Part shown: positions 1 to 10,743 of the stretch, one piece after another
How positions within the stretch are numbered: position 1 is the stretch's first letter
How the letters are laid out: the number at the start of each line of letters is the position of its first letter
DNA from: Candidatus Poribacteria bacterium
GTDB taxonomy: Bacteria > Poribacteria > WGA-4E > WGA-3G
DNA: 64,000 nucleotides
NCBI GenBank assembly: GCA_965197475.1
Contig: CBDANF010000003.1
Coordinates: 3,616,001 to 3,680,000 of the forward strand
Direction: 5' to 3'
Made by a program: the position numbers and the translations under genes
The notes under the pieces: model-generated
What the model was told of the DNA's origin: nothing
Database searches by the model: none
The model's input: the letters and a program-made list of their open reading frames with translations, nothing else

Positions 1-402
1 CGCAACAGTTTTCTTCCTCAAGGCAATGCTGTAATTACGACAGGAGGTAACTTACTCGTAAGTAAAGTTATTCATGCCGTAGGTCCCATTTTCGCTGGTG
101 GGGGACAAGATGAAGCAAATGTGCTTGCCCTTTGCTACAAAAATAGCCTTCACCTTGCAGTAGAAAACGGAATCAGGTCTATCGCTTTCCCAGCTATTAG
201 TACAGGTAATTTTGGCTTTCCAATTGAAAAAGCAACACCTATTGCCCTAAAAGCCGTGAAAGAATTTGTTGAACACGCACATCAGAATAACGAAATGGTA
301 CCAGAACGTATCCAGTTTGTCTTGTTTGATGAAGAAGCTTATAACTGTTATGTCAAGGAGTTTGCCAATCTTGGTTTTGGTTTATCTTGTCTAATCGGGT
401 AA
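1..402 (+). CDS. Macro domain protein (ADP-ribose binding/hydrolase), 5'-truncated by window edge
   Basis: Frame open from base 1: GNAVITTGGNL..VIHAVGP and SIAFPAISTGNFGFP are macrodomain motifs. Confidence 0.9.
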   Translation, partial: RNSFLPQGNAVITTGGNLLVSKVIHAVGPIFAGGGQDEANVLALCYKNSLHLAVENGIRSIAFPAISTGNFGFPIEKATPIALKAVKEFVEHAHQNNEMVPERIQFVLFDEEAYNCYVKEFANLGFGLSCLIG

Positions 403-461
403 CTACCACTTAGTAGTGGTTCATTCCCGGTCTTTGTGATACTTAAAAGTAAGGAGAACTA

Positions 462-1649
462 ATGATTTCACTATCACAACGAAGTCTAAACGTAACACCA
501 TCATCCACCTTAGCCATCACCGCTAAAATTAACGCCCTGATCGCTGATGGCGTAGATGTCGTCAAATTCGGAGCAGGCGAACCCGATTTTGATACACCTG
601 ATTATATCAAAGCCGCCGCTGTTGCTGCACTTGATGCTGGCTTTACGAAATACACACCCGTTCCCGGTATTCCCGAACTACGGGAGGCAATCGTGGACAA
701 ATTCAAAAAAGACAACGGACTGGATTATACTGCATCTCAAGTCATTGTTTCCTGTGGGGCAAAACACACCCTCTATAACATCATGCAAGCGATCTGCGAT
801 CCGGGCGATGAGGTCATCTTCGCCGCACCGTATTGGGTGAGCTATCCACAGCAGATTAAGTTAGCAGGTGCTGTCCCACGTGTGATTGAAACCACAGCCG
901 AACAAAACTTCTGCATGCAACCCGAACAAGTTGAAGCAGCGATAACACCAAAAACAAAAGCGATTCTGATTAACAGTCCAAGCAATCCTACTGGTACCAC
1001 TTATGATGTGGAAACGCTCAAGCAGATAGCAGCCCTCGCAGTGAAACATCAGGTCTATCTCATCTCCGATGAAATCTATGAAGCACTGCTTTATGACGGT
1101 GCGACACATCAGAGTCCCGCATCATTCAACGAAGAGACGAAAGCGATTACCTTTGTCGTCAACGGGGTCTCCAAAGCCTATTCCATGACAGGATGGCGCA
1201 TCGGGTATACTGCTGGTCCCGAAGATGCGGTTTCAGCGATGTCTCGCATTCAGTCACACAGCACCTCAAATCCGACCTCCATTGCCCAGAAAGCAGCAGT
1301 AGCTGCACTCAACGAACCGCAAGATGCCGTTGAGGAGATGCGTCAAGCATTTGAAGAACGCCGCGATGTTATCTGTGAACGTTTTGATGAGATTGACAGA
1401 GTCAGTTATGTCAAACCGCAAGGCGCGTTCTACATCTTTCCCGATTTTTCTGAACACTACGGCAGAACGTTTGATGGTAAAAAGATCGAAGGGTCAATGG
1501 ACATAACCGATTATCTGCTCGGTTCAGCAGGTGTTGGCGTTGTGCCGGGTAACGGATTCGGTGCGGATAACAATTTGCGGCTCTCCTTTGCTACATCTTT
1601 GATGGAGATTCATCGTGGATTAGATCGAATTAAAAAGGCGTTGGAATAG
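462..1649 (+). CDS. aspC: Aspartate aminotransferase (class I/II PLP-dependent)
   Basis: GAGEPDF, NSPSNPTG, SDEIY, SKAYSMTGWRIG motifs; AAGGAG RBS. Confidence 0.9.
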   Translation: MISLSQRSLNVTPSSTLAITAKINALIADGVDVVKFGAGEPDFDTPDYIKAAAVAALDAGFTKYTPVPGIPELREAIVDKFKKDNGLDYTASQVIVSCGAKHTLYNIMQAICDPGDEVIFAAPYWVSYPQQIKLAGAVPRVIETTAEQNFCMQPEQVEAAITPKTKAILINSPSNPTGTTYDVETLKQIAALAVKHQVYLISDEIYEALLYDGATHQSPASFNEETKAITFVVNGVSKAYSMTGWRIGYTAGPEDAVSAMSRIQSHSTSNPTSIAQKAAVAALNEPQDAVEEMRQAFEERRDVICERFDEIDRVSYVKPQGAFYIFPDFSEHYGRTFDGKKIEGSMDITDYLLGSAGVGVVPGNGFGADNNLRLSFATSLMEIHRGLDRIKKALE

Positions 1650-1706
1650 GGTCGACATTTATAATAAACAATAAAGTACCTACCGAAAAAGAAAGGAGAT
1701 ATTATC

Positions 1707-3425
1707 GTGGCACAACAGACACAACCTAATCTTGTCTTTGTTATCACCGATGACCAAGGCTACGGCGATTTGGGATGTACCGGAAACCCCGTTATCAACA
1801 CCCCGAATTTAGACGCACTCGCAGGAGAGAGCATGCAACTGCGGAACCTGCATGTTGGGCCTACCTGTTCCCCGACGCGCGCAGGTATCATGACCGGTAG
1901 ATACTGCAACTCAGCAGGTGTGTGGCATACTATCGGAGGCAGATCGCTGCTCCGCAGCGATGAGGTCACGATAGCAGATATCTTCAGACGCAACGGCTAT
2001 AAAACCGGCATGTTCGGTAAATGGCATCTTGGCGATAACTACCCGTTCCGTCCGCACGACCGTGGCTTTGAAGAAGCACTTTATCACGGAGGCGGTGGTA
2101 TCAGCCAAACCCTCGACTATTGGGGTAACGACTATTTTGACGATACCTATTTTAGCAACGGTTCTGAACAGCCGTTTGAGGGGTATTGCACCGATGTTTG
2201 GTTTCAAGAGGGGATGAAGTTTATTGAGAGGAATCGGAATCGTCCATTTTTCTGCTATATTCCAACCAATGCACCGCACGGTCCGTTCCGCGTTCCTGAT
2301 GCCTATAGTGAGGTTTACCGAAGGAAAGGGGAACCGGAAGCGCGTGCCTGTTTCTATGGCATGATTACCAATATAGACGATAACATGGCGCGACTCCGAC
2401 ACCACCTTAAAGTACTTGGACTTGAGGAAAATACTATTCTAATCTTTATGACCGACAACGGTTCTGCCGCAGGATGCGACTTAGATGGACAACAGTTCGT
2501 CAAGTCAGGATACAATGCCGGGATGCGTGGCAAAAAAGGTTCACCTTATGAGGGTGGACATCGCGTGCCGCTCTTTATGCATTGGCCCGGCGGAGGTTTC
2601 TCACAAAAGAAAGAGGTAGACGAACTCACAGCCAACATTGACCTACTTCCGACGTTAATTGACCTCTGCGATTTAGAGATGTCAGATACCTCCCGTTTCC
2701 ACGGCACCAGCATCTCACCGTTACTGCAAGATAAACTTGTGGAATGGGAAGATCGGGTAATCGTTACAGATTCGCAGCGTGTTGAAAATCCGATTAAGTG
2801 GAAACATAGTGCGACGATGTCACAAAGATGGCGACTCATCAATGGCACCGAACTTTACGACATCCAAGCAGATCCCGGACAACGAGAGGATATCGCTGAT
2901 GCACATCCCGAAGTTGTTGCGGAACTACGTGAACATTATGAAGCATGGTGGACGTTAGTTTCGGAACGATTTGATGAGGAGTGTCCGATTGTGGTCGGCA
3001 CACAAAATGAACAGGTTGCGTGCATAACAACACACGATTGGCACGGTAATGGAAATGCTTGGAATCAAGGATCTATACGGAACGGGATGGAATGCAACGG
3101 TTATTGGGCAGTTGAAATTCCTGAAGATGGTGCGTATAGTTTTGAGTTGCGCCGCTGGCCCCGTGAGGAAAACAGGGCAATCACGGAAGGGATCCCGGGT
3201 GAAAACATTGACCTTTATAACGGTGGCCGCGCATTAGATTTGAAAACCGCACAAATTCGTATCAACGATCAGTCGGCAACGCAAGCTATTAAACCTGATG
3301 CAGTAGGTGTAACGTTTACGTTCAATCTTAAAGCGGGACAGACACGCCTCCACACACAATTCTCTGATGAAACGGGAGAATTATCGCTTGGCGCGTATTA
3401 TGTCTATGTCAAACGGGTGATTTAA
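1707..3425 (+). CDS. Arylsulfatase (formylglycine-dependent)
   Basis: TDDQG, CSPTR (CxPxR), GKWHLG, TDNG motifs. Confidence 0.92.
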   Translation: MAQQTQPNLVFVITDDQGYGDLGCTGNPVINTPNLDALAGESMQLRNLHVGPTCSPTRAGIMTGRYCNSAGVWHTIGGRSLLRSDEVTIADIFRRNGYKTGMFGKWHLGDNYPFRPHDRGFEEALYHGGGGISQTLDYWGNDYFDDTYFSNGSEQPFEGYCTDVWFQEGMKFIERNRNRPFFCYIPTNAPHGPFRVPDAYSEVYRRKGEPEARACFYGMITNIDDNMARLRHHLKVLGLEENTILIFMTDNGSAAGCDLDGQQFVKSGYNAGMRGKKGSPYEGGHRVPLFMHWPGGGFSQKKEVDELTANIDLLPTLIDLCDLEMSDTSRFHGTSISPLLQDKLVEWEDRVIVTDSQRVENPIKWKHSATMSQRWRLINGTELYDIQADPGQREDIADAHPEVVAELREHYEAWWTLVSERFDEECPIVVGTQNEQVACITTHDWHGNGNAWNQGSIRNGMECNGYWAVEIPEDGAYSFELRRWPREENRAITEGIPGENIDLYNGGRALDLKTAQIRINDQSATQAIKPDAVGVTFTFNLKAGQTRLHTQFSDETGELSLGAYYVYVKRVI

Positions 3426-3493
3426 GATACGGTTTGTTACCCGTCAAACAACACAAAATTACTTTAAACTGTAGATGCCTCTAACATTCACAG

Positions 3494-3517
3494 GTAGGCG
3501 CGCTTTGTAAGCGCGCC
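3494..3517 (+). repeat. REP-like palindrome GTAGGCGCGCTTTGTAAGCGCGC
   Basis: GTAG-led hairpin; copies at ~5662, ~10432 and a partial copy at ~30487, all intergenic. Confidence 0.75.
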
Positions 3518-3556
3518 AATCAAATATATCATTAATTATAAAATCTACAATAATTA

Positions 3557-4311
3557 CTATTGATGCTTCAGTTTTCCCCATACCGTAGGAAGTTTACCTG
3601 CAGGTTCCACAGCAAAAGCAGTATGGTGGATACCGTTATTCATAATACTCTGATCTCTTCTTTAGAGAGGGCATCGTTAAACAGTCCAACCTCGTCCATA
3701 ATACATGCAGACTTGAAGCTAGCCCCTTTGTCAGTGGCAAGCCATGCGGTCTGATCCTGGTCTTGAAGTTGGAACTTTGGCACCGGTTGCGAGACTTTCT
3801 CTTCGCCATTAACGTAAATCTTTGCTGTAGTTCCATCGTAAGTGTTCGCAACGTGATACCATGTCCCTGCTTTGACGGTTACACCGCTGCTAACGTTCCA
3901 GTTATTGCTCCAACTACGTAGGACATTTGGACTTTCTTTATAAGGCACATAGCGGTTGTTGCTCTGATCATGTATAGAAAAATAGTTTTGCTGTTCCGCG
4001 AGATTGGTAAACTGAATCCATAGGATAAAACTCATCTTATCGGTTACGACTCCTTTACCGAACGGAATTGTAACAGTACCACCTCTCTTAATATCAAGCG
4101 CGCCATCAACTTTCCCATCAACCCAATCTGATTGTGTGATTGTGCCATCATACCCATTTCCTGATGCGTCTTCAGCAACATCGCCTTTGCCTTCGTCAAG
4201 TAGCCAGATACCGACGATCTTCTCAGGATTGATCTGAGCATCATTATAACCGACAAACACGCCTAATGCCAGTATCGCACAGAGAAATGTAATAATAACC
4301 TTTATACGCAT
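3557..4311 (-). pseudogene. Secreted LamG-like jellyroll protein with a frameshift near the C-terminus
   Basis: Signal peptide, GIWLLDEGKG..EDASGNG, WYHVA..YDG..KIYVNG, DEV.LFN; 1-nt shift at ~3650, alternate frame continues SIMNNGIHHTAFAVEPAGKLPTVWGKLKHQ* ending at 3557. Confidence 0.8.
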
Positions 4312-4448
4312 GTGTTGCTCCTTGTTTGAAAATATGTTTTAATTATATGTTGTTTTTGTTACATTTGCAAGTTAATTGAAGGCATAATTGTTGGTATTGG
4401 TGCTACTTTTAGTCTCACAAACCAAAAACCATTTATCAATCATATAAT

Positions 4449-4477
4449 TTGCTTTTATTATGCATTCAACGTATAAT
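4449..4477 (+). promoter_or_regulatory. Sigma70-like promoter
   Basis: TTGCTT-17bp-TATAAT upstream of the 4553 ORF. Confidence 0.55.
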
Positions 4478-4552
4478 AGCGAATAAGACGCTAATGGAAG
4501 TTCTTCCAGGAACGTGTAGAATTTGGAATTATATTGAACTAAGGAGAATAGT

Positions 4553-5590
4553 ATGTATAAGTGTGCAATTTTAGGGTGTCGTGGACGTGCCCGCGCTCAC
4601 GCCCGTGCTTATGATAATGTTAAAGGTGGAAAACTCGCCGCTATCTGTGATATGAAGGAAGACTTACTGAACGGGTTCGGCGACGAATTTGATATAGATG
4701 CCCGCTACACTGATTTTGATGAAATGCTTTCCAAGGAAAAACCCGATCTGTTACACATTGTAACCGCACCGGTTTTACGCGGTACCAACGAACGGATTCG
4801 GTATCCACTGCTGAATCAGGCTTCAGAGCACGGTGTCCCTGCTATAGTTATTGAGAAACCGATTGCGGTTGAAAGCGAAGACTGGCGACAAATCTACGAA
4901 CTCGCCCATCGCACTAAGACGAAGATTGCTATCAATACACAACTGAATTTCCACCCCAAAAATCTTGAGTTAAAACGGGACGTATCAGAAGGCAAAATAG
5001 GTGCAATTAAATTTATTGAGGCGAGCGCGCGGAACCCACCCGTAGATCAAGCACCACACGTGCTGCAGTTAGTCTCCTCCTATATTGACAACTCCCAACC
5101 GGTGAAAGTGATGGGGCAAATCGCAGGTGCTGGGAATCTGGACGGAGCACAACCTTCACCCGCGAACGCTACTGGATTAGTCACTTATGAAAACGGTGTC
5201 CAAGTCTCAGTTGCTTTCGGACCTGAGATGGCACCACGTGTGAATCCCGGAACAGGCAGTAGCCGACATAAGCGCGTCTGTGTCTTTGGCGAAAAAGGCT
5301 TTGTACACTGGCGTTTTGAGAGTTGGGAACGTTACACGCCAGAAGGCGGTTATGAAGGTGGTAACCTGAGTTACGGTGACCAAAATGCTGTCGCTCAAAC
5401 CAATTTGACAGAGGCTATGTTTGACTGGCTTGACGATGAAAGCAAGGTGCATCCGACACACCTACCTCAATCTCTGGCGGAATTCAATCTGCTCCTCGGT
5501 ATCTATTATAGCGGTTTGACTAACACCGTTATTGAATTGCCTTTTGATCCACCTGATGGGTTGATGGACATGTTCAGAGAACATCTTTAA
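4553..5590 (+). CDS. Gfo/Idh/MocA family oxidoreductase
   Basis: N-terminal Rossmann-like AILGCRG, AICD, EKP motif. Confidence 0.85.
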   Translation: MYKCAILGCRGRARAHARAYDNVKGGKLAAICDMKEDLLNGFGDEFDIDARYTDFDEMLSKEKPDLLHIVTAPVLRGTNERIRYPLLNQASEHGVPAIVIEKPIAVESEDWRQIYELAHRTKTKIAINTQLNFHPKNLELKRDVSEGKIGAIKFIEASARNPPVDQAPHVLQLVSSYIDNSQPVKVMGQIAGAGNLDGAQPSPANATGLVTYENGVQVSVAFGPEMAPRVNPGTGSSRHKRVCVFGEKGFVHWRFESWERYTPEGGYEGGNLSYGDQNAVAQTNLTEAMFDWLDDESKVHPTHLPQSLAEFNLLLGIYYSGLTNTVIELPFDPPDGLMDMFREHL

Positions 5591-5742
5591 AACAATTGGC
5601 ACACGCCGTCAAATGCGCGTGTAGTATTTGACACTTTGTAAGCACTTCTATTATGCTGCTTGTAGGCGCGCTTTGTAAGCGCGCTCATATTCCTATAGGC
5701 GCACTTACAAGCGCGATCTTCGTAGAAAAGGAACGAATTCCC

Positions 5743-6897
5743 GTGAATGACATCATCTACATGGATAACCATGCGACAACACCTATTGCTTCAGAAGTGT
5801 TAGATGCAATGCTGCCGTATTTAACCACACACTTCGGTAATGCTGCCAGCACACATCCTTACGGCATTGCGGCGAAGGATTCAGTGGATAAGTCACGGCA
5901 TCAAGTTGCAAACCTGCTGGGTTGCTCATCAGAGGAGATAATCTTCACAAGTGGGGCAACAGAATCGGATAACCTTGCCATCAGAGGTGCTGCCTATGCT
6001 CATAAAGATAAAGGAAACCACATCATCACCAGCACTGCTGAACATCACGCGATCCTTGATACATGCCACGCCTTAGACGCAGAAGGTTTTGAAACCACTT
6101 ATCTGCCGGTTGATAGATACGGGATGGTAAACCCTGATGACGTGGAAGCCGCCATTACACCGAAAACCATTTTGATGAGTTTCATGTACGCAAATAACGA
6201 GGTGGGCACTATTAATCCGATCCGTGAAATCGCTGCTATCGCTTCCAAACACGGCGTGCTGTTTCACTCAGATGCAGTGCAAGGTATCGGCAAACTTGAA
6301 TCGAATATGGATATGTTGGGACTTGATATGGCATCAATAACCGCGCATAAGATTTACGGACCGAAAGGCATTGGGGCACTTTATATGCAAGGTGGTAATC
6401 ATCTTTCACCGCTTTTCTATGGGGGCGGTCAGGAGAGTGGTATCCGCCCGGGCACACTGAATGTGGCAGGAATTGTCGGTTTGGGTGCAGCGTGTGAGGC
6501 GTGCCAAACTGCAATGGATATGAAAACAGAGGAAAAAGTAGTTGAACCTTTGCGCGATACACTCCATCAGAGATTAGCAGCGCAGTTAACGGATATTCAT
6601 CTTAATGGTCATCCTGAAAAACGTTTGTTGGGGAACTTGAATCTCTGTTTTGCGGGTGTGCAAAGTCATGCACTCTTGATGGGTCTAAAAAGTGTTGCGG
6701 TATCAACAGGTTCGGCATGTGATTCCGAATCTGTTACGCCATCGCACGTTTTAGTTGCAATGGGAGTTCCAAATGAATTGGCGGTAACTGCTATCCGTTT
6801 CGGTTTGGGGCGTTACAACACAGCAGAAGAGGTTGAAATCGTCTCCGATGAGGTCATAAAAACGGTTAATCGGTTACGTGCCTTAGCACCCGAATAG
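5743..6897 (+). CDS. iscS: Cysteine desulfurase (IscS/NifS family)
   Basis: YMDNHATTP, FTSGATE, AHKIYGPKG, STGSAC; likely GTG start at 5743 because the ORF-track extension runs through REP repeats. Confidence 0.88.
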   Translation: MNDIIYMDNHATTPIASEVLDAMLPYLTTHFGNAASTHPYGIAAKDSVDKSRHQVANLLGCSSEEIIFTSGATESDNLAIRGAAYAHKDKGNHIITSTAEHHAILDTCHALDAEGFETTYLPVDRYGMVNPDDVEAAITPKTILMSFMYANNEVGTINPIREIAAIASKHGVLFHSDAVQGIGKLESNMDMLGLDMASITAHKIYGPKGIGALYMQGGNHLSPLFYGGGQESGIRPGTLNVAGIVGLGAACEACQTAMDMKTEEKVVEPLRDTLHQRLAAQLTDIHLNGHPEKRLLGNLNLCFAGVQSHALLMGLKSVAVSTGSACDSESVTPSHVLVAMGVPNELAVTAIRFGLGRYNTAEEVEIVSDEVIKTVNRLRALAPE

Positions 6898-7018
6898 CAA
6901 GACGTTATACGATGTTGCAATCACTCTGAAAATGTGTTATTCTTTCAATTAACAGATTACAAGGTTGAGTACAACGGACAGACCACATATCGCGAAACCT
7001 ATAACATAGGAAACACTC

Positions 7019-7617
7019 ATGTCATCAATTGCAGCCCAAACCTATCTGACTCCCAAGGAATATATCGCTTTAGAACGGAAGGCGACACTCAAAAGCGAAT
7101 ACTTGAGCGGAGAGATCGTCGCTATGTCCGGAGCGAGCGTCGCGCACAATCTTATCACGATGAATACTGCAACCGGACTCTACAACCGATTGACAGAGCG
7201 GGGATGTGGAGTTTTTGCCAGCGATATGCGCGTCGGAATCGGTGCAGGAACTTCTTACTTTTATCCAGATATTACTGTTGTCTGTGATAAACCACGCTTT
7301 GAAGATAATGAATTCGACACGCTTATCAATCCTATAGTTGTCATAGAGGTGCTTTCCCAATCAACCGAGGCGTATGACAAAGGTGAGAAATTCAGGCATT
7401 ATCAGCAATTAGCATCATTGCAAGAATACGTACTTATTCACAGGATCAGGTCTCGATTGAACATAATTTTCGTGAAGATAATCGGTGGGTGTCAAATAAA
7501 TTGACTTCGCTTGAGGATTTACTCCTACTTGTATCAGTTGATGCCGAACTCCCTCTACAGCAAATTTACAGATTTGTCGCAATTGAAGATTCTCCACGAA
7601 TCACAAGCCGCACGTAA
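7019..7617 (+). pseudogene. Uma2/DUF820 family endonuclease, frameshifted
   Basis: EYLSGEIVAMSGAS, YPDI.VVC, IEVLS.ST, EYVLI; 1-nt loss at ~7438, other frame continues SQDQVSIEH...ELPLQQIY to TAA 7617. Confidence 0.8.
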
Positions 7618-7676
7618 AAGTTGTTACGTCAGCATTATAAAACATAAATAGAAGTGCAAGGTGCCTTACCCTACAA

Positions 7677-8573
7677 CTATTCTGATGAAAGTTTCATAAT
7701 CGCAATCCCTTGTTCGCCCGCCACAGAATAGAGAAGCCACGTTTCCCCATCCTCACAATAGATATCCGGGTCACGCAGTTGATGCACCCGTTCCCTGTCA
7801 AGTCCATTCGTTGAAGGGACAATCGGGATATCCACACCCTCAAAATCATATTTTGGAGCGATAACCTCTATCGGCAGGGATGGATGCCAATCATTCCAAT
7901 CTTCTGTAAGTTTCACTGTGCTTTTTAAAATCCGCTCCGGGGTTCCATCATAAAGCGAATAATAAACAGTTAAGGTATCTCCCACAAGACGGTTCGCTGT
8001 ATGGCGCGGAGTGCCGTCTCTGCCTTTACCCGGTTCCCCAGGAAAGAGGGGAGCGTCGCGTCTTTCAAATACAGTCGTCCATTCAGCAGTTTTTCCGCGA
8101 TTCAGCATGTTGTGATTCGTTGCATAAGGAAGACCTTTCCACCAAAAAACACGGAAATAGGGGCCCTGCTGCTTTTCTAATGTTTCAGATGCTGTGTAAT
8201 ATATACCATCAAGAGAGGTTGCCCAACAAGTCGCCTGTCCACCGCGATAATTTCCGTGAAAATACATGATAAAGCGGCGGTTTTCCTTGTCTATATGGAC
8301 ATCTGGCGACGCGATGTGATCGCATCCCTTAAAGACTGTGTTATCACGATGTAGTGTGCCAGGACGGTAGACAGTATAAGGACCTTCGATCTCATCAGCA
8401 TAAGCTAAGCGGATGTAAGCACCGCGATGGTGTGCAAAATAGAGATAGTATTTACCCAGAGGGTTCTCTACCCATTCTGGCACGCGAACAAGCGACGGTC
8501 CATTGATATTGGAGAATCCGTGCTCTCTATCAATATCGGACATATCTGGATGAATAAGCAGTGTACGTTCCAT
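7677..8573 (-). CDS. Putative beta-propeller glycoside hydrolase-like protein
   Basis: NGPS, YYLYFAHH, HIASPDV, LRDPDIY, WLLYSVAGE blade-like motifs. Confidence 0.55.
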   Translation of the reverse strand: MERTLLIHPDMSDIDREHGFSNINGPSLVRVPEWVENPLGKYYLYFAHHRGAYIRLAYADEIEGPYTVYRPGTLHRDNTVFKGCDHIASPDVHIDKENRRFIMYFHGNYRGGQATCWATSLDGIYYTASETLEKQQGPYFRVFWWKGLPYATNHNMLNRGKTAEWTTVFERRDAPLFPGEPGKGRDGTPRHTANRLVGDTLTVYYSLYDGTPERILKSTVKLTEDWNDWHPSLPIEVIAPKYDFEGVDIPIVPSTNGLDRERVHQLRDPDIYCEDGETWLLYSVAGEQGIAIMKLSSE

Positions 8574-8600
8574 AAATTCCTCTTATAATACAATGATTCC

Positions 8601-9416
8601 CTAACTGTGTGCCTGAAACCGATATACCTCTTGTGCGTCTTCGGACATGTTCGCCCATATCTCTTCTGAAACTCGTGCGTTGAATATGTTTGGCGCATCG
8701 GGTGAATGATGAAACCTTCGGAAATAGACCAGCGCGAGCATGTGACGGGGAGTTTGTGACCGGTTCGGCGTTGCCCGGTGCCAGCACCGCATATCCCTCA
8801 CTACGACAGAGCCTGCGGGCATCACTAACTGAAATGAGGGGAGTTGTGCCGCACGAGCCTCCTCACAAACGTTGTAGGGTGTATTGCGTACTGCTGCATC
8901 ATCAACGATTAGATGTGACCCGGGCCAAACCTCTGTTGCTCCGTTTTCCACCGTGAAATCTACGAGCGGGATATTGACAACGATTGTTGAAACCGGCAGC
9001 GCGAACGGCAATTCTGGGAAGAGTTGACCGGAATCTCGATGAATCCATTGTATCTCGGAGCCGGGGGCAGTTGAGTTGCATCCGTAGGGCAAATACGCGA
9101 AAATCTTCTCACCCATCGCAGCTTTCATTATCGGCATTGCAAAGGGGTTGTCAATGATACGCGCATCCATGAACGGCATTTTTAACATCGGGTGGGTACC
9201 GTTATGTGCCTCTTCTCCCATATCAAGTACTGCTTGCATCACGACGTTTACCTCTTCTATCCAATCGCGCGGGAGCACATCCTCAATGACAACTAATCCC
9301 GTCTCGCGTAAAAGGCGCGCGGCAGCATCAATGTTCTCTGGCATAAGTTTACTTTCAGCGCGTTCCTGCGGGGAGAGTTCTAATTTAGGGATAATGATTG
9401 TTGTTTCTGCGTTCAC
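8601..9416 (-). CDS. Phytanoyl-CoA dioxygenase (PhyH) family Fe/2OG enzyme
   Basis: HRD triad start, NGATEVWPGSH, WHR..PNRS. Confidence 0.9.
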   Translation of the reverse strand: MNAETTIIIPKLELSPQERAESKLMPENIDAAARLLRETGLVVIEDVLPRDWIEEVNVVMQAVLDMGEEAHNGTHPMLKMPFMDARIIDNPFAMPIMKAAMGEKIFAYLPYGCNSTAPGSEIQWIHRDSGQLFPELPFALPVSTIVVNIPLVDFTVENGATEVWPGSHLIVDDAAVRNTPYNVCEEARAAQLPSFQLVMPAGSVVVRDMRCWHRATPNRSQTPRHMLALVYFRRFHHSPDAPNIFNARVSEEIWANMSEDAQEVYRFQAHS

Positions 9417-9419
9417 GAA

Positions 9420-10184
9420 CTATACCTGCCTTTCCGATAGTTTCAACGCTTCGCGAACCGCCTCGCGAACAATATTACAGGTTTTCACTGCATGCTCTGC
9501 ATTTTCAGCTGTTGCTGACTTTCCGGGGTAACGAAATTCCACAGCGTATGGTGCAATAATCGAAAGATCAGTCTGCCAATCATGCCAACTCGGAATAGTT
9601 GGAAGAATCAAACCTAACAATCCTAACAAATCATGTGATTTCGGAAAAGGGATATTTGCCTCTTGAATCCATGCCTTTAAATACTTTTCTATACACTGTT
9701 GCGCATGGAAGCAAATGAGATCAAAATCTGGCGATGTCACTTGCTTATGCAACGCTATCGCAGTATAGTCTCTTTCAGCTTTCTGTGCCCACTCAAGTGT
9801 TAATGGATTCATAGCGTACTTTTCCTTATTGGGTGTTCCTTTGCGATCTGTCTTATTGTAGGAAAATCCTACGGATTCATAAAGCACTTCACCTTTTTCG
9901 GTGATCTCGCGCAGAAACCAGTCGTTATGAGAAATGCGATAAGCGATCTCTTCTGATGAGCGTACCAACAAATCCATACTGAAACGGCGCGGGATACGCT
10001 GCCAAATCTCCGCCGCTTGACGGCTTGTCTCCGATTCTGGGATATCCATCACTACCAGCAAATCAATATCCGAGTCTTCCGTAGGTGTCCCATACGCATA
10101 AGAACCAAACAGAATGATCTGAAGCGGCGAGAATTCGCGTACGATGTCGTCACATGTGGCTTGAATGTCCTTTTGGGTAACCAT
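9420..10184 (-). CDS. Fused minimal nucleotidyltransferase + HEPN domain protein
   Basis: LFGSYAYG..DSDIDLLV (MNT) then FHAQQCIEKYLKA..PKSHDL..RYP (HEPN) in one frame. Confidence 0.85.
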   Translation of the reverse strand: MVTQKDIQATCDDIVREFSPLQIILFGSYAYGTPTEDSDIDLLVVMDIPESETSRQAAEIWQRIPRRFSMDLLVRSSEEIAYRISHNDWFLREITEKGEVLYESVGFSYNKTDRKGTPNKEKYAMNPLTLEWAQKAERDYTAIALHKQVTSPDFDLICFHAQQCIEKYLKAWIQEANIPFPKSHDLLGLLGLILPTIPSWHDWQTDLSIIAPYAVEFRYPGKSATAENAEHAVKTCNIVREAVREALKLSERQV

Positions 10185-10405
10185 GACCAGTACTCCTTTT
10201 TGAAAGTATAGCATGGAACGTAACGGATGTCAATGTGGGATATCATCCACTCAGGGCTATTTAGTTTCGATTTTTCTTGTAGTATTTATCACAAATGTTA
10301 TTTTATATTATATGCAGATGTAGCGTGATTTTTCTCGCTACATCTGCTATATTTCACCTTAAAAAACCAACTCTTTGAGATGAACCATGACAAAAATATC
10401 CTCTT

Positions 10406-10496
10406 ATACCAAATTAACTTGATCCCACTCGGTAGGCGCGCTTTGTCCGCGCGCAGTCTGCCCAGAAAAATAAGACTAATCCCGTTAATTTGGTAT
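10406..10496. repeat. Small MITE-like element enclosing a REP hairpin
   Basis: ATACCAAATTAAC ... GTTAATTTGGTAT perfect 13-bp inverted repeats. Confidence 0.55.
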
Positions 10497-10743
10497 TACC
10501 ACTTGATTGAAATATTAGCAGAAGCGTCAAACCACGCAATAAAAGACAAACGACATCCGTTGGTGTCAATCCTTGCGCTTGTTGCCTCGGTTTGATGTAC
10601 GGTCATAAAAGCTGGACATCCATCGCAACCTGGGTGCTTTAAACTCGCAAAAGCACTTGGTTTCACATATAAAAAAACGTCTTGCGCTGCAACCCTCCCA
10701 CAAGAATAAATTGACTACAGACTGCTGAAAGCCGATAGCCATC

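Noticed and set aside
5653-5742. N-terminal extension of the cysteine desulfurase
   Set aside because: It translates REP palindromes; the real start is likely GTG 5743
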